From: a virus
Lineage: Duplodnaviria; Caudoviricetes
Direction: 5' to 3' (one strand)
DNA: 64,000 bases
IMG/VR virus record: IMGVR_UViG_3300037311_000222
Coordinates: 5,894 to 69,893 of that record
Part shown: piece after piece, positions 1 through 7,640 of the stretch
Numbering within the stretch: the stretch's first letter is position 1
Layout: each line of letters opens with the position of its first letter
Notes under the pieces: generated by a model
Database searches by the model: none
Seen by the model: only the letters and a program-made list of their open reading frames with translations
What the model was told of the DNA's origin: nothing
Translations under genes and position numbers: made by a program

Positions 1-126
1 TATTTCTATATTTTATATCTAATAAATTCATATTTGTATCAACCTTCGTAAGAAACAATTCTATTTGAAAAAGATTAACTTCTGTTGTTTTAAATTCGTC
101 ACCAACATACATAAGTTTAGAAATAG

Positions 127-237
127 TCATATACACCGCAATTGGTTTAAACATTCGAGAAGCTTTTGATCTACAACAAATTCTAAACATACGCTGCTAT
201 CTAACACAATATAAAAGGATATATGGCAGAGTTTCAT
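127..237 (-). CDS. 36-aa micro-ORF (MKLCHISFYIVLD...), below ORF-track cutoff
   Basis: Manual translation; ends ATA-TGA overlapping the ATG of the next ORF (130 to window edge, MTISKLMYV...). Confidence 0.4.
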   Translation of the reverse strand: MKLCHISFYIVLDSSVCLEFVVDQKLLECLNQLRCI

Positions 238-455
238 ATGTCTTTAGTCCATTTAAAGGGGCTTTCACTTAACGCCTTTACCATACCCCCTGTAAAAGTT
301 GGAAACGGGATTGTTTTTATAATTTGATCAAATGTCATAGATAAATATTACACTAATTCAAGCAAAATAACAAGTAATTTGTGATGTGGCGGGGAGCAAT
401 GTGGGGGGTATAGCGATCGATTAAACGTGGCTCGCTGCCGCTCGCCACCATCCCA

Positions 456-851
456 CTACGGCACAGGTCTCTTCTCGCCACACTTCTCGCAATACTCATA
501 CTCTTCGTTAAATCCGGTGTACTTTTTCCAAGCGTGATAACACCCATGGCTGTACCCAGCTGCAATCATTTTAGACCAGCAGAGAACATCCTGACTAAAA
601 AACCCAACGTAGTCGTTTGTTTGTAGTCTATAGTTCCAATTATTCATAGAGGCATTAAACTGTAAGTCAAATAGTCTTTTTAAATTCACCATCTCAACAT
701 CAATGGTACGAGTGTCTTTATCAGTAAGAGATACTTCCGTCAAAGTGTACATATCAGTGTGATAAGTAACATCACTTATAATGTAATATTTATTAGCGTT
801 AAATTCACTACTAAACACGCAATCTTTTAACTTATAAATATTACCAAGCAT
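456..851 (-). CDS. hypothetical protein with C-terminal CxH...CxxC zinc-finger-like motif
   Basis: CYHAWKKYTGFNEEYEYCEKCGEK at C-terminus; 1-nt coupling with upstream ORF. Confidence 0.7.
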   Translation of the reverse strand: MLGNIYKLKDCVFSSEFNANKYYIISDVTYHTDMYTLTEVSLTDKDTRTIDVEMVNLKRLFDLQFNASMNNWNYRLQTNDYVGFFSQDVLCWSKMIAAGYSHGCYHAWKKYTGFNEEYEYCEKCGEKRPVP

Positions 852-1231
852 TAGTCGATATTCTCAATAATGTCGCTGTGAGTTGCAGTAGCATAAGAAT
901 ATACAGACTGATGAGGAGTTTGATACCGTTTCCAGCGATTGTTATAGATTTCAACACTGTTGTCTGGGTAATAAATTTTAAGACTATTGTTTTTTCCAAT
1001 AAGTAGTGTGGGTTTAGTAATACTCACTGTAGGAGAAACACATTCATACGGTAATACTACAGGGGGTAGTCCAACATTAGATAACGGTATGGTTGATAAC
1101 ATCAGCGATGATTTAGAATCTTCAGATACTTTGTTTGTGTTTTTTACTTCACGTTTTTTAAACATCGGTTTTATAAAGTTCAGTGTAGTATAAATAACAA
1201 TAGCAGTTGCGATAATAAATAATGTCTTCAT
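851..1231 (-). CDS. hypothetical protein, N-terminal membrane anchor
   Basis: Hydrophobic MKTLFIIATAIVIY; SD AAGGAG upstream. Confidence 0.65.
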   Translation of the reverse strand: MKTLFIIATAIVIYTTLNFIKPMFKKREVKNTNKVSEDSKSSLMLSTIPLSNVGLPPVVLPYECVSPTVSITKPTLLIGKNNSLKIYYPDNSVEIYNNRWKRYQTPHQSVYSYATATHSDIIENID

Positions 1232-1240
1232 AAATCTCCT

Positions 1241-1558
1241 TTAAAAAGTTAAGTTTATAATGGGTACCGCAAGAAGTCCGCCTAAAAAGGCTGCCTCAAC
1301 GTCGGTTTTATTGAACTGGGTGTCATAATACGCCTCTTTTGCTACGCTAAGTAGTAAAACGCTACCAAAAGAAAGTAAAAACGATTGTGTTTTTGATATT
1401 TCATACTTTTCTTTAAAATAATTTACAAGCATTACGGTAGAAACTCCACCGACGAACACAGTTGCGTTTCTTTCAGCACTTTCATAAACAAATGCGTTAG
1501 TATTATTAAAACTTAATAAAAGAAAAAACAACACATACTTCATTTGTGTTCTTTCCAC
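1241..1558 (-). CDS. small membrane protein, YfiM-like
   Basis: Signal-like N-terminus, hydrophobic helices, KEAYYD...DVEAAFLGG pattern resembling YfiM-type proteins. Confidence 0.5.
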   Translation of the reverse strand: MERTQMKYVLFFLLLSFNNTNAFVYESAERNATVFVGGVSTVMLVNYFKEKYEISKTQSFLLSFGSVLLLSVAKEAYYDTQFNKTDVEAAFLGGLLAVPIINLTF

Positions 1559-1836
1559 TTCTTTAGTAAAAAACTTTCTTTCCTACCACTAGGCCTTTGA
1601 ATATTTAAATGAGGAATGTACTTATACAGTTCTGAAGGAAATTTTATATATTGAGCCATAAGCTCATAACGGTTTCTTACTCCGTAATATTTGTAAAGAT
1701 ACGTAAGTTGGTGTTTTAAGGCTTTTATATTAATATTTACTTCCTTACTAACGTCATCTAACCCCTTACCCTCTAGTATAGGTTTTAAAAGGGTAAGGCG
1801 TAGTGTTCTACTTATTTCAACGTTTCTGCGTCTCAT
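1540..1836 (-). CDS. LuxR/GerE-type helix-turn-helix DNA-binding protein
   Basis: GKGLDDVSKEVNINIKALKHQLTYLYKYYGVRNRYEL fits the LuxR C-terminal HTH pattern. Confidence 0.65.
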   Translation of the reverse strand: MRRRNVEISRTLRLTLLKPILEGKGLDDVSKEVNINIKALKHQLTYLYKYYGVRNRYELMAQYIKFPSELYKYIPHLNIQRPSGRKESFLLKKWKEHK

Positions 1837-1933
1837 CTAACAATACTCACATTAATGCAGTTGTCTGGCCTAATACTAAAACTGCCTAAGTAAACTCCGA
1901 GTAAAAGTCCTACAACCAGGTAAACAACGTTCG

Positions 1934-2332
1934 TCATATTTTACCAACATATTCAAAGTTTTTCATGTCTTTACTGTTTTCGATTACAACAGTGCTTGCG
2001 CCAATACCTGGAGACATTGCTGTGGGGTCTTTGGTGTGGAGACTTGCGCCATTAAACCCGGCAATTAAATAACGAAACTGTTTCAATAAACTCTTAGGTC
2101 TTTCAAACATATCATCAGTAGTATAAACCCCTCCCGTTGATTTTTCAACAAAAGTTAGCATTATTAATCTGTGTACTGTTAACGCTTTAACTTTTTTGTT
2201 TTTATATAAATTAACAAATTTATAATTCCATGCGTTAGTTTGATGTTTTAAATATATATTATTTTTATGAGAAAAAACTTCTCCGTCTTTAGTTATTGAG
2301 TATAAATTTTCATAACCGGGTATAGCTTTCAT
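1934..2332 (-). CDS. NUMOD4/HNH homing-endonuclease N-terminus fused to unrelated C-terminus (probable remnant)
   Basis: IPGYENLYSITKDGEVFS and VHRLIMLTFV are typical of NUMOD4-HNH proteins; no HNH catalytic His/Asn motif follows. Confidence 0.6.
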   Translation of the reverse strand: MKAIPGYENLYSITKDGEVFSHKNNIYLKHQTNAWNYKFVNLYKNKKVKALTVHRLIMLTFVEKSTGGVYTTDDMFERPKSLLKQFRYLIAGFNGASLHTKDPTAMSPGIGASTVVIENSKDMKNFEYVGKI

Positions 2333-2346
2333 CCCGTATCTCCTTT

Positions 2347-2366
2347 GTATACTGTATACAGTATAC
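2347..2366. repeat. perfect 20-bp palindrome
   Basis: GTATACTGTATACAGTATAC is its own reverse complement; lies just upstream of the SD of 1934..2332. Confidence 0.85.
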
Positions 2367-2917
2367 TAGCTACCTGCTAAATAATATTTGCTACTTCTTG
2401 TGTATTTAGGAAATTCTTTTGTTTCAGTGAAATGTTTATCAACAAATAAACAGTAGTTGTTAGGTAATGCGCAGAGCTGACCACTATCTAAAACAATGAC
2501 GTTGTGTGTTTTAAACTGCTCAGGATCTTCTGCTAGCCCTCCGCCAGCATAATCAATAGTAAATAAATACCTACCATCAATACCAAGCTTAGTTTTAACT
2601 TGATAGTCTTTTAATGCTTCATACTCGATGAGCTGCGCTGGACCATCAAGACACGTGAAAGGTTGAAGCTCTTCGGTTTTTAAGTCACTGTTATAGACAA
2701 AATGTTCGCTATACTTAGTACAGCGAAGAGCTTCAATAGGAAGGCTCGAGTACACAGCGCCAGATTCTAGGTGGACAGTAAACAGAATAGGTCTACCAGA
2801 GACACACTTAGCCGAAATTAAGTATGCGTCTTCTGTCAGCATTGCGTCAGCGCCATCTTGAGTAAGATAGCTTTTTATAATTTTTACTTTTAATGTGGGG
2901 ATATTTACGTTAAACAT
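2366..2917 (-). CDS. conserved phage hypothetical protein
   Basis: Long clean ORF; YLFTIDY...LDSGQLCALPNN pattern recalled from aquatic phage hypotheticals. Confidence 0.7.
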   Translation of the reverse strand: MFNVNIPTLKVKIIKSYLTQDGADAMLTEDAYLISAKCVSGRPILFTVHLESGAVYSSLPIEALRCTKYSEHFVYNSDLKTEELQPFTCLDGPAQLIEYEALKDYQVKTKLGIDGRYLFTIDYAGGGLAEDPEQFKTHNVIVLDSGQLCALPNNYCLFVDKHFTETKEFPKYTRSSKYYLAGS

Positions 2918-2924
2918 GTATTAA

Positions 2925-3272
2925 CTATAACATGTCTTTTACTTTTTGCAACTCTTTTTGAATGTATTGTTTGTCATTGTTTTTTCTACAAAGCCCCGAG
3001 GGGTGAGGTAGCGGAATGTTCTCAATTTGAAGCGCATCTAACCGTTTTTTAGCTTTAACGCCCAGCGCTACAACAAGAAACCCTCGACTTTTTAGTTTCT
3101 TTATATTATCTAGATTTTCTTGAGTGCGGCTGTTTAAAACAATATAGTATTTAGGATTTATATACCCAATCCACTCTACCAAGCGGTCAAAGCATCTAGC
3201 GCCAACAAACGCAATGTCGTAATTTATATTTGTTTTTGACGGCTCATCGCCCACAAACACTATATGTGACAC
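2925..3272 (-). CDS. minimal uracil-DNA glycosylase-like protein
   Basis: IVFVGDEPS (motif A-like), VVALG, LPHPSG (motif B-like HPS). Confidence 0.55.
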   Translation of the reverse strand: MSHIVFVGDEPSKTNINYDIAFVGARCFDRLVEWIGYINPKYYIVLNSRTQENLDNIKKLKSRGFLVVALGVKAKKRLDALQIENIPLPHPSGLCRKNNDKQYIQKELQKVKDML

Positions 3273-3685
3273 AATAATTCCCTAGAAATATTTCTAGTTG
3301 CTCTCCACAATTCGTAAGGATGATCTGAAGGAAAAAGGAGTTGTGTGTGTAGTTGAGTTAGCCGCATTTATACTTCTATCGGAACATTCACATCGTTAAT
3401 ATACGTTAGTAGAGTAAATATTTTCATATTTCTTCTAAAAGTTTAATTGTGTAATATAATTCTTCAAACATATGCCTACCTAAGCCGTTTGTATATCTTG
3501 TAGAATTTAAACGTAAAGAAAATAACTTCATCATATATCTTTTAAGAGATGTACCCCAGTGTAAATAAGACATCTATCGTAACTGAGGTGATAAAAAATT
3601 CTCGTTTCGAGACTATTGGTTAATAATTGTGTAATTGTCATATTTTTTGTACAAATTGTGTTACTTGAATATTAAATAAAGTCAT
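3260..3685 (-). other. chain of translationally coupled micro-ORFs: 3638..3685 (15 aa), 3531..3641 (36 aa), 3424..3534 (36 aa), 3368..3427 (19 aa), 3260..3367 (35 aa)
   Basis: Manual translation; three consecutive ATA-TGA/ATG overlaps tile the gap with no ORF of 60 aa or more. Confidence 0.45.
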
Positions 3686-3771
3686 ATATGTGTTAATTGA
3701 CTAAGCGTGTTAGTTTCTCTAAACAACCAACTATATCTCAAATAGCTTATGTCAGTATGTCTATAAAATTA

Positions 3772-4119
3772 CTACTGCTCATTTTCTTTACCAATAATTA
3801 GACCTTGATCTTTAATTTGATATTGTCTACCCAGGTAAGCAGTGAGGCTTGTACCAAGAAAGTATAAACTTGACCAAAAGGCTTCTTTAAGCTGTGCCAT
3901 TGTAGCGTCTGTCAAAGTAAACTGTGTAGTTAGTTTAGCAAAAATAGAAACAATCATTAATAGAATTGCAATTGACGCAAGCCCTGCTGAAACTACAACT
4001 AAAGACACGGTGATTGACCCTTTACCCGTCTTTGGGTCACGAATTGTAGGAAGAGGAATGCCGAGTGAGTTCATATTGTTAACAAATTCTAAATATTTTT
4101 CTTTTAATTCATTTAGCAT
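3772..4119 (-). CDS. two-TM membrane protein (possible holin)
   Basis: Two hydrophobic segments (ITVSLVVVSAGLASIAILLMIVSIF; FWSSLYFLGTSLTAYLG); SD AAGGAG. Confidence 0.55.
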   Translation of the reverse strand: MLNELKEKYLEFVNNMNSLGIPLPTIRDPKTGKGSITVSLVVVSAGLASIAILLMIVSIFAKLTTQFTLTDATMAQLKEAFWSSLYFLGTSLTAYLGRQYQIKDQGLIIGKENEQ

Positions 4120-4483
4120 ACAGCTCCTTTAATTTTATAATTAATACAATATTACCACTAAACTCGTTATTATTAAAATTATAAACCAACTCGGGTCTAA
4201 TTACAAAGTTTTCTTTTTCATATTTAAGCTTTTTAAATGGACGAGTAGTGATGCGTTGAGTAACTATTGGTATTACCCATGCTCCATAAATTAAATCATC
4301 GTCTTGAAGACCTGTATATTTATAAAAAGTATTTTTAGAGCGTTTTTGTAATTCTTTAAACTCAGCGTTAACCTCTGGATATAGGAAGAGTGCTCTGCGG
4401 GCAGTGTCGGATGCGTTGCGATATTCTTCGTTTTGAACACCGAACAATGATAATGCTAGTATTGTTTTACCGCTCAACATCAT
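4109..4483 (-). CDS. hypothetical protein
   Basis: Overlap-coupled ORF in minus-strand operon. Confidence 0.6.
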   Translation of the reverse strand: MMLSGKTILALSLFGVQNEEYRNASDTARRALFLYPEVNAEFKELQKRSKNTFYKYTGLQDDDLIYGAWVIPIVTQRITTRPFKKLKYEKENFVIRPELVYNFNNNEFSGNIVLIIKLKELYAK

Positions 4484-4709
4484 CGTCTAATATAAAAAAA
4501 TTATAATTGTACAGTTCTACGAATAACTTTACAAAATTTTTGTTTTCTTCTTTTCTTATATATTGATTTATGGCGTAAACATCTCCAGGAGTTACAAAGT
4601 CATAGTTTAACTTAAAAACCATATCAATAAACTCTTCTCGATGTGGATGTTTTTTAATAAACTTAAATAAAAAATAATAGAACTTATTGATTAACGTCGT
4701 CATTACCAA
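4467..4709 (-). CDS. hypothetical protein
   Basis: Coupled ORF in operon. Confidence 0.55.
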   Translation of the reverse strand: MVMTTLINKFYYFLFKFIKKHPHREEFIDMVFKLNYDFVTPGDVYAINQYIRKEENKNFVKLFVELYNYNFFILDDDVER

Positions 4710-4884
4710 TAATTGCTAAGTCAGCGTTTACTAGTTTTGAAACAATTGTACATTCGCTTTTTAGTTTTTTAGAAATAAGAGGAAGCATTTTATTAGCAAT
4801 TGTTAAATTATCATAAACAGCAACCACTTTTTTATCTTCGTCTTGTACTACAAAAATTTGAGTATTTATCATGACACTCTCCAT
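4684..4884 (-). CDS. hypothetical protein (start may be 4872)
   Basis: Coupled ORF; GGAG precedes internal ATG. Confidence 0.55.
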   Translation of the reverse strand: MESVMINTQIFVVQDEDKKVVAVYDNLTIANKMLPLISKKLKSECTIVSKLVNADLAIIGNDDVNQ

Positions 4885-5102
4885 TGTCTTTCGCTGGGAC
4901 TTATTGTGTTTTCGTCTACGGGCATAAATTCAATAACAAAATCTTTTTTAACTACGATTGTAAGCTTATTGTTTAAACTAATCGTAAAAAACTTATCTTT
5001 TTCATTAACTAAGAATTGTTTTACGTCATTGATATTCATTTCTTTATCAAACTTTACGGTCTTTGCTGTATTATCGCTAAATCTAAGTGTGTAGACGCTC
5101 AT
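4869..5102 (-). CDS. hypothetical protein
   Basis: Coupled ORF in operon. Confidence 0.6.
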   Translation of the reverse strand: MSVYTLRFSDNTAKTVKFDKEMNINDVKQFLVNEKDKFFTISLNNKLTIVVKKDFVIEFMPVDENTISPSERQWRVS

Positions 5103-5350
5103 TAGTGTAATCTCCCTTTGTCTGGTTCAGTAGCTTTGGTAAATGTGTGTATATCATAGGTTTCACCGTCGTGCATTTGCTCTAATACTTCTAATACTTT
5201 TTCTGAATTACCAATAATTAAAACAGTTCCTTGCGTGTGTTCATTGAACGCAACATACCAGTTTAATTTTTCACAGTTTTTTATAATACCGTTAATTAAA
5301 TCTTCCATAGATTCTTCTTTAACCATAACACTTCCTTTATGGAAAGTCAA
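5102..5350 (-). CDS. hypothetical protein
   Basis: Coupled ORF in operon. Confidence 0.6.
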   Translation of the reverse strand: MTFHKGSVMVKEESMEDLINGIIKNCEKLNWYVAFNEHTQGTVLIIGNSEKVLEVLEQMHDGETYDIHTFTKATEPDKGRLH

Positions 5351-5558
5351 GTTTACGCCAATTACTGTAATCTATACCGAAAACTGTAATATCTTCTTCT
5401 TTTGTATTCCACCACGTACCGGTTTTAATCTTTTTATAAATTTTACAAGTTGCGTTTGTTATACTAAAATTAGCTTTATGTATTTTGGTCACTACATAAA
5501 CAGTGTTGTGATCGTTTAGTTTAAACCAAACATCATTAATTTTTAACGCTGATTCCAT
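5337..5558 (-). CDS. hypothetical protein
   Basis: Coupled ORF in operon. Confidence 0.6.
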   Translation of the reverse strand: MESALKINDVWFKLNDHNTVYVVTKIHKANFSITNATCKIYKKIKTGTWWNTKEEDITVFGIDYSNWRKLDFP

Positions 5559-5683
5559 AAAAACTCTTTCAATGCTAAAATTATAAATACAATTTGAGAA
5601 AACATAAAAATATAATTAAGAGTATTTAAGAAGAATACACCATTTATGTAAGCTAAAACGGCATAAATAAAAGATTTCTTCAT
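5543..5683 (-). CDS. 46-aa hydrophobic membrane micro-protein (MKKSFIYAVLAYING...)
   Basis: Manual translation; ATGA overlap with 5680..5928; fills the gap exactly. Confidence 0.5.
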   Translation of the reverse strand: MKKSFIYAVLAYINGVFFLNTLNYIFMFSQIVFIILALKEFLWNQR

Positions 5684-5928
5684 TTATTTCCTTGCTCGTA
5701 TTCGTAACAAAACGCTTTTACTCCTAATTGAACCTGACCCATATCAGGATTGTATTCTATCAATTCAGAGCAAGTATGTCGTAAACTATGAGATATTCTA
5801 TGGTTTTTTAGAACTCGTAAATGGGTGTCTAGCTTAGAAGTTTCATAGCCTATTGTATAAAAAACTAAGTAACATCCGATTGTATAGCAGCATAACACCA
5901 AAAAAAACTTCATTAGATGTCCTTCCAT
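5680..5928 (-). CDS. hypothetical exported/membrane protein
   Basis: Hydrophobic N-terminus MKFFLVLCCYTIGCYLVFY. Confidence 0.55.
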   Translation of the reverse strand: MEGHLMKFFLVLCCYTIGCYLVFYTIGYETSKLDTHLRVLKNHRISHSLRHTCSELIEYNPDMGQVQLGVKAFCYEYEQGNK

Positions 5929-6119
5929 AAAAGCTTTCGTGTAAAATGGTGAAGAATTTTTTTCTCTCCGTCCCAGTTTTCTTCATAAACACCCTTGAGT
6001 TTTTTTGGCCAGGAGTGGTGTTTTTTGTCGAATCTTCCTGCAATATATTCTAATTCATCTATAGAAAGGCCGGTAGCTTTCGTTACATATTCAATGTTAT
6101 TATCGTCACTTAGATACAT
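5913..6119 (-). CDS. hypothetical protein
   Basis: Coupled to S8 protease gene. Confidence 0.55.
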   Translation of the reverse strand: MYLSDDNNIEYVTKATGLSIDELEYIAGRFDKKHHSWPKKLKGVYEENWDGEKKILHHFTRKLLWKDI

Positions 6120-6741
6120 TGGACATCTTTCTTATAATTTTACCTGTTCTAACCGCAGCTGCTTGAGAAGTTCCGCTTAAAGTAATTCCGTAAGCGGTTA
6201 GATTGACGCTAAGTTCGAAAAAATCTACAATAGGCCCAGTGTTTGCGTTATTGCTACTTCCAGTAACCACAATAAGACGATCGTCATAGCACGCCGGATA
6301 GTAGTTACAGTGTGATTTTGATAAATAATCACCGCTATTTCCAGACGCAACGACCACAACAATGTTTTTATCTAAAGCTTCCTTAATTAGTTCTTTCTCT
6401 TTTTTGAGAGGGTTTATTCCCCCTAGCGAAAGATTTATTACATCAACTTTCGTGTCAATTGCCGTTCTTAAGGCTTTTTGTATCTTATGAATTACATTAA
6501 TGTTGTTTTTTTCATTAAAAACTTGTAAAATAATTTGACAATAGTGACTTTTTTTGGTATACCTGTTAATAAGACCAGATACATTGGTGCCGTGTTTATT
6601 ACTCCAAGTGTCGGTTTTGTCCCACATATGGTCAGTGGAACACAAAGGGATATCAGCAGCAACGCCTGCGTCTAGTCCGCTGTCAATGACGGCCACTTTA
6701 ATTTGGGCGTAAGTAAGAATCGAAAGAAAAAAGATAAACAT
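6106..6741 (-). CDS. secreted subtilisin-like (S8) serine protease, minimal domain
   Basis: Catalytic motifs VIDSG (Asp), HGTNVSG (His), VASGN (oxyanion Asn), GTSQAA (Ser); signal-peptide-like N-terminus. Confidence 0.9.
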   Translation of the reverse strand: MFIFFLSILTYAQIKVAVIDSGLDAGVAADIPLCSTDHMWDKTDTWSNKHGTNVSGLINRYTKKSHYCQIILQVFNEKNNINVIHKIQKALRTAIDTKVDVINLSLGGINPLKKEKELIKEALDKNIVVVVASGNSGDYLSKSHCNYYPACYDDRLIVVTGSSNNANTGPIVDFFELSVNLTAYGITLSGTSQAAAVRTGKIIRKMSNVSK

Positions 6742-6747
6742 ATAGTT

Positions 6748-6776
6748 ATTAAACTATATGTTATCGATGTTGTCAA
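6748..6776 (-). promoter_or_regulatory. sigma70-type promoter, probably leaderless
   Basis: TTGACA-17 nt-TTTAAT; exactly 6 nt between -10 and ATG 6741; no SD. Confidence 0.65.
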
Positions 6777-6780
6777 CCTT

Positions 6781-6797
6781 TTAACAAATATACATAG
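6781..6797 (+). promoter_or_regulatory. putative phage late promoter motif, copy 1
   Basis: TTAACAAATATACATAG upstream of the packaging operon. Confidence 0.7.
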
Positions 6798-6906
6798 CTA
6801 AAAAAGAGTTGTTTAGGCAAAGAGCAAAACTAAATAAGTTATTTAAAAACTAAAGAATGCCGTCACGCCAATAAACTACACTTTTCTCTAAATAAAGGAT
6901 TTTTCT

Positions 6907-7194
6907 ATGGAATTAATAAAAAAAGTTAATTATAACTTAGTTATATTGGTAGCGTATGTAGTAAAGTGTCTTGTTACGCCTGTTTCATTTGCAGACAGCG
7001 TGGTTCTCTTGGCGCTAGTTTCTCCGGTTCTTCTTAAAATGTATTTAAAGATTAAAGAACCTAAGCCTCTTGACCCCAGTATTTACAAAGAACTAGACCA
7101 GCTTAAAAAAGACGTTCAATATCTTAAAAGCGAAATGAGCGCAGCTAACGTAGCTAGTGTTATAAAGGCTCCTACTAAAAAGTATTTCGGTTAA
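6907..7194 (+). CDS. hypothetical membrane protein
   Basis: Two hydrophobic N-terminal segments then coiled coil; SD AAGGA. Confidence 0.7.
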   Translation: MELIKKVNYNLVILVAYVVKCLVTPVSFADSVVLLALVSPVLLKMYLKIKEPKPLDPSIYKELDQLKKDVQYLKSEMSAANVASVIKAPTKKYFG

Positions 7195-7196
7195 TT

Positions 7197-7640
7197 ATGT
7201 CTAAAAGTATAAAAACTCTAGCCAACGATTTTAAAAACACTGGCGTTTTAGAAATTGAGATTAAAACACTTAAAACTCGTTGTGATCAACTAGAAGCATA
7301 CAACAATCACTTACTCGCGGAGCTTGATAGAGCACGTAAGGTTGACCGCTCTGGTGTAATAAAACTGTATTTAACACCTGAGCAAGAAATTCTTGAGCAA
7401 CAAATTTCTCGCATTCAAGCCGTGTCTCGTGAGCGCACCTTGACACTTGAAGAAACTAAGATGCTCGATTTACATATCAAAAACAAACGATTGCTAGATG
7501 ATAAAAGCACCGTTAATGCTGAATATAAAGACATAAAAAATTCATCCATTAGCGACCTTTTAAAACTAGCCGAAGGGGAACCATCTGATGTCACAAAAAA
7601 TGCCGAGTCAAAAACAAGCGCAAAAGCTGCTATGGAGTAA
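7197..7640 (+). CDS. probable terminase small subunit
   Basis: Positional only: helical protein directly upstream of and overlapping terL. Confidence 0.4.
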   Translation: MSKSIKTLANDFKNTGVLEIEIKTLKTRCDQLEAYNNHLLAELDRARKVDRSGVIKLYLTPEQEILEQQISRIQAVSRERTLTLEETKMLDLHIKNKRLLDDKSTVNAEYKDIKNSSISDLLKLAEGEPSDVTKNAESKTSAKAAME

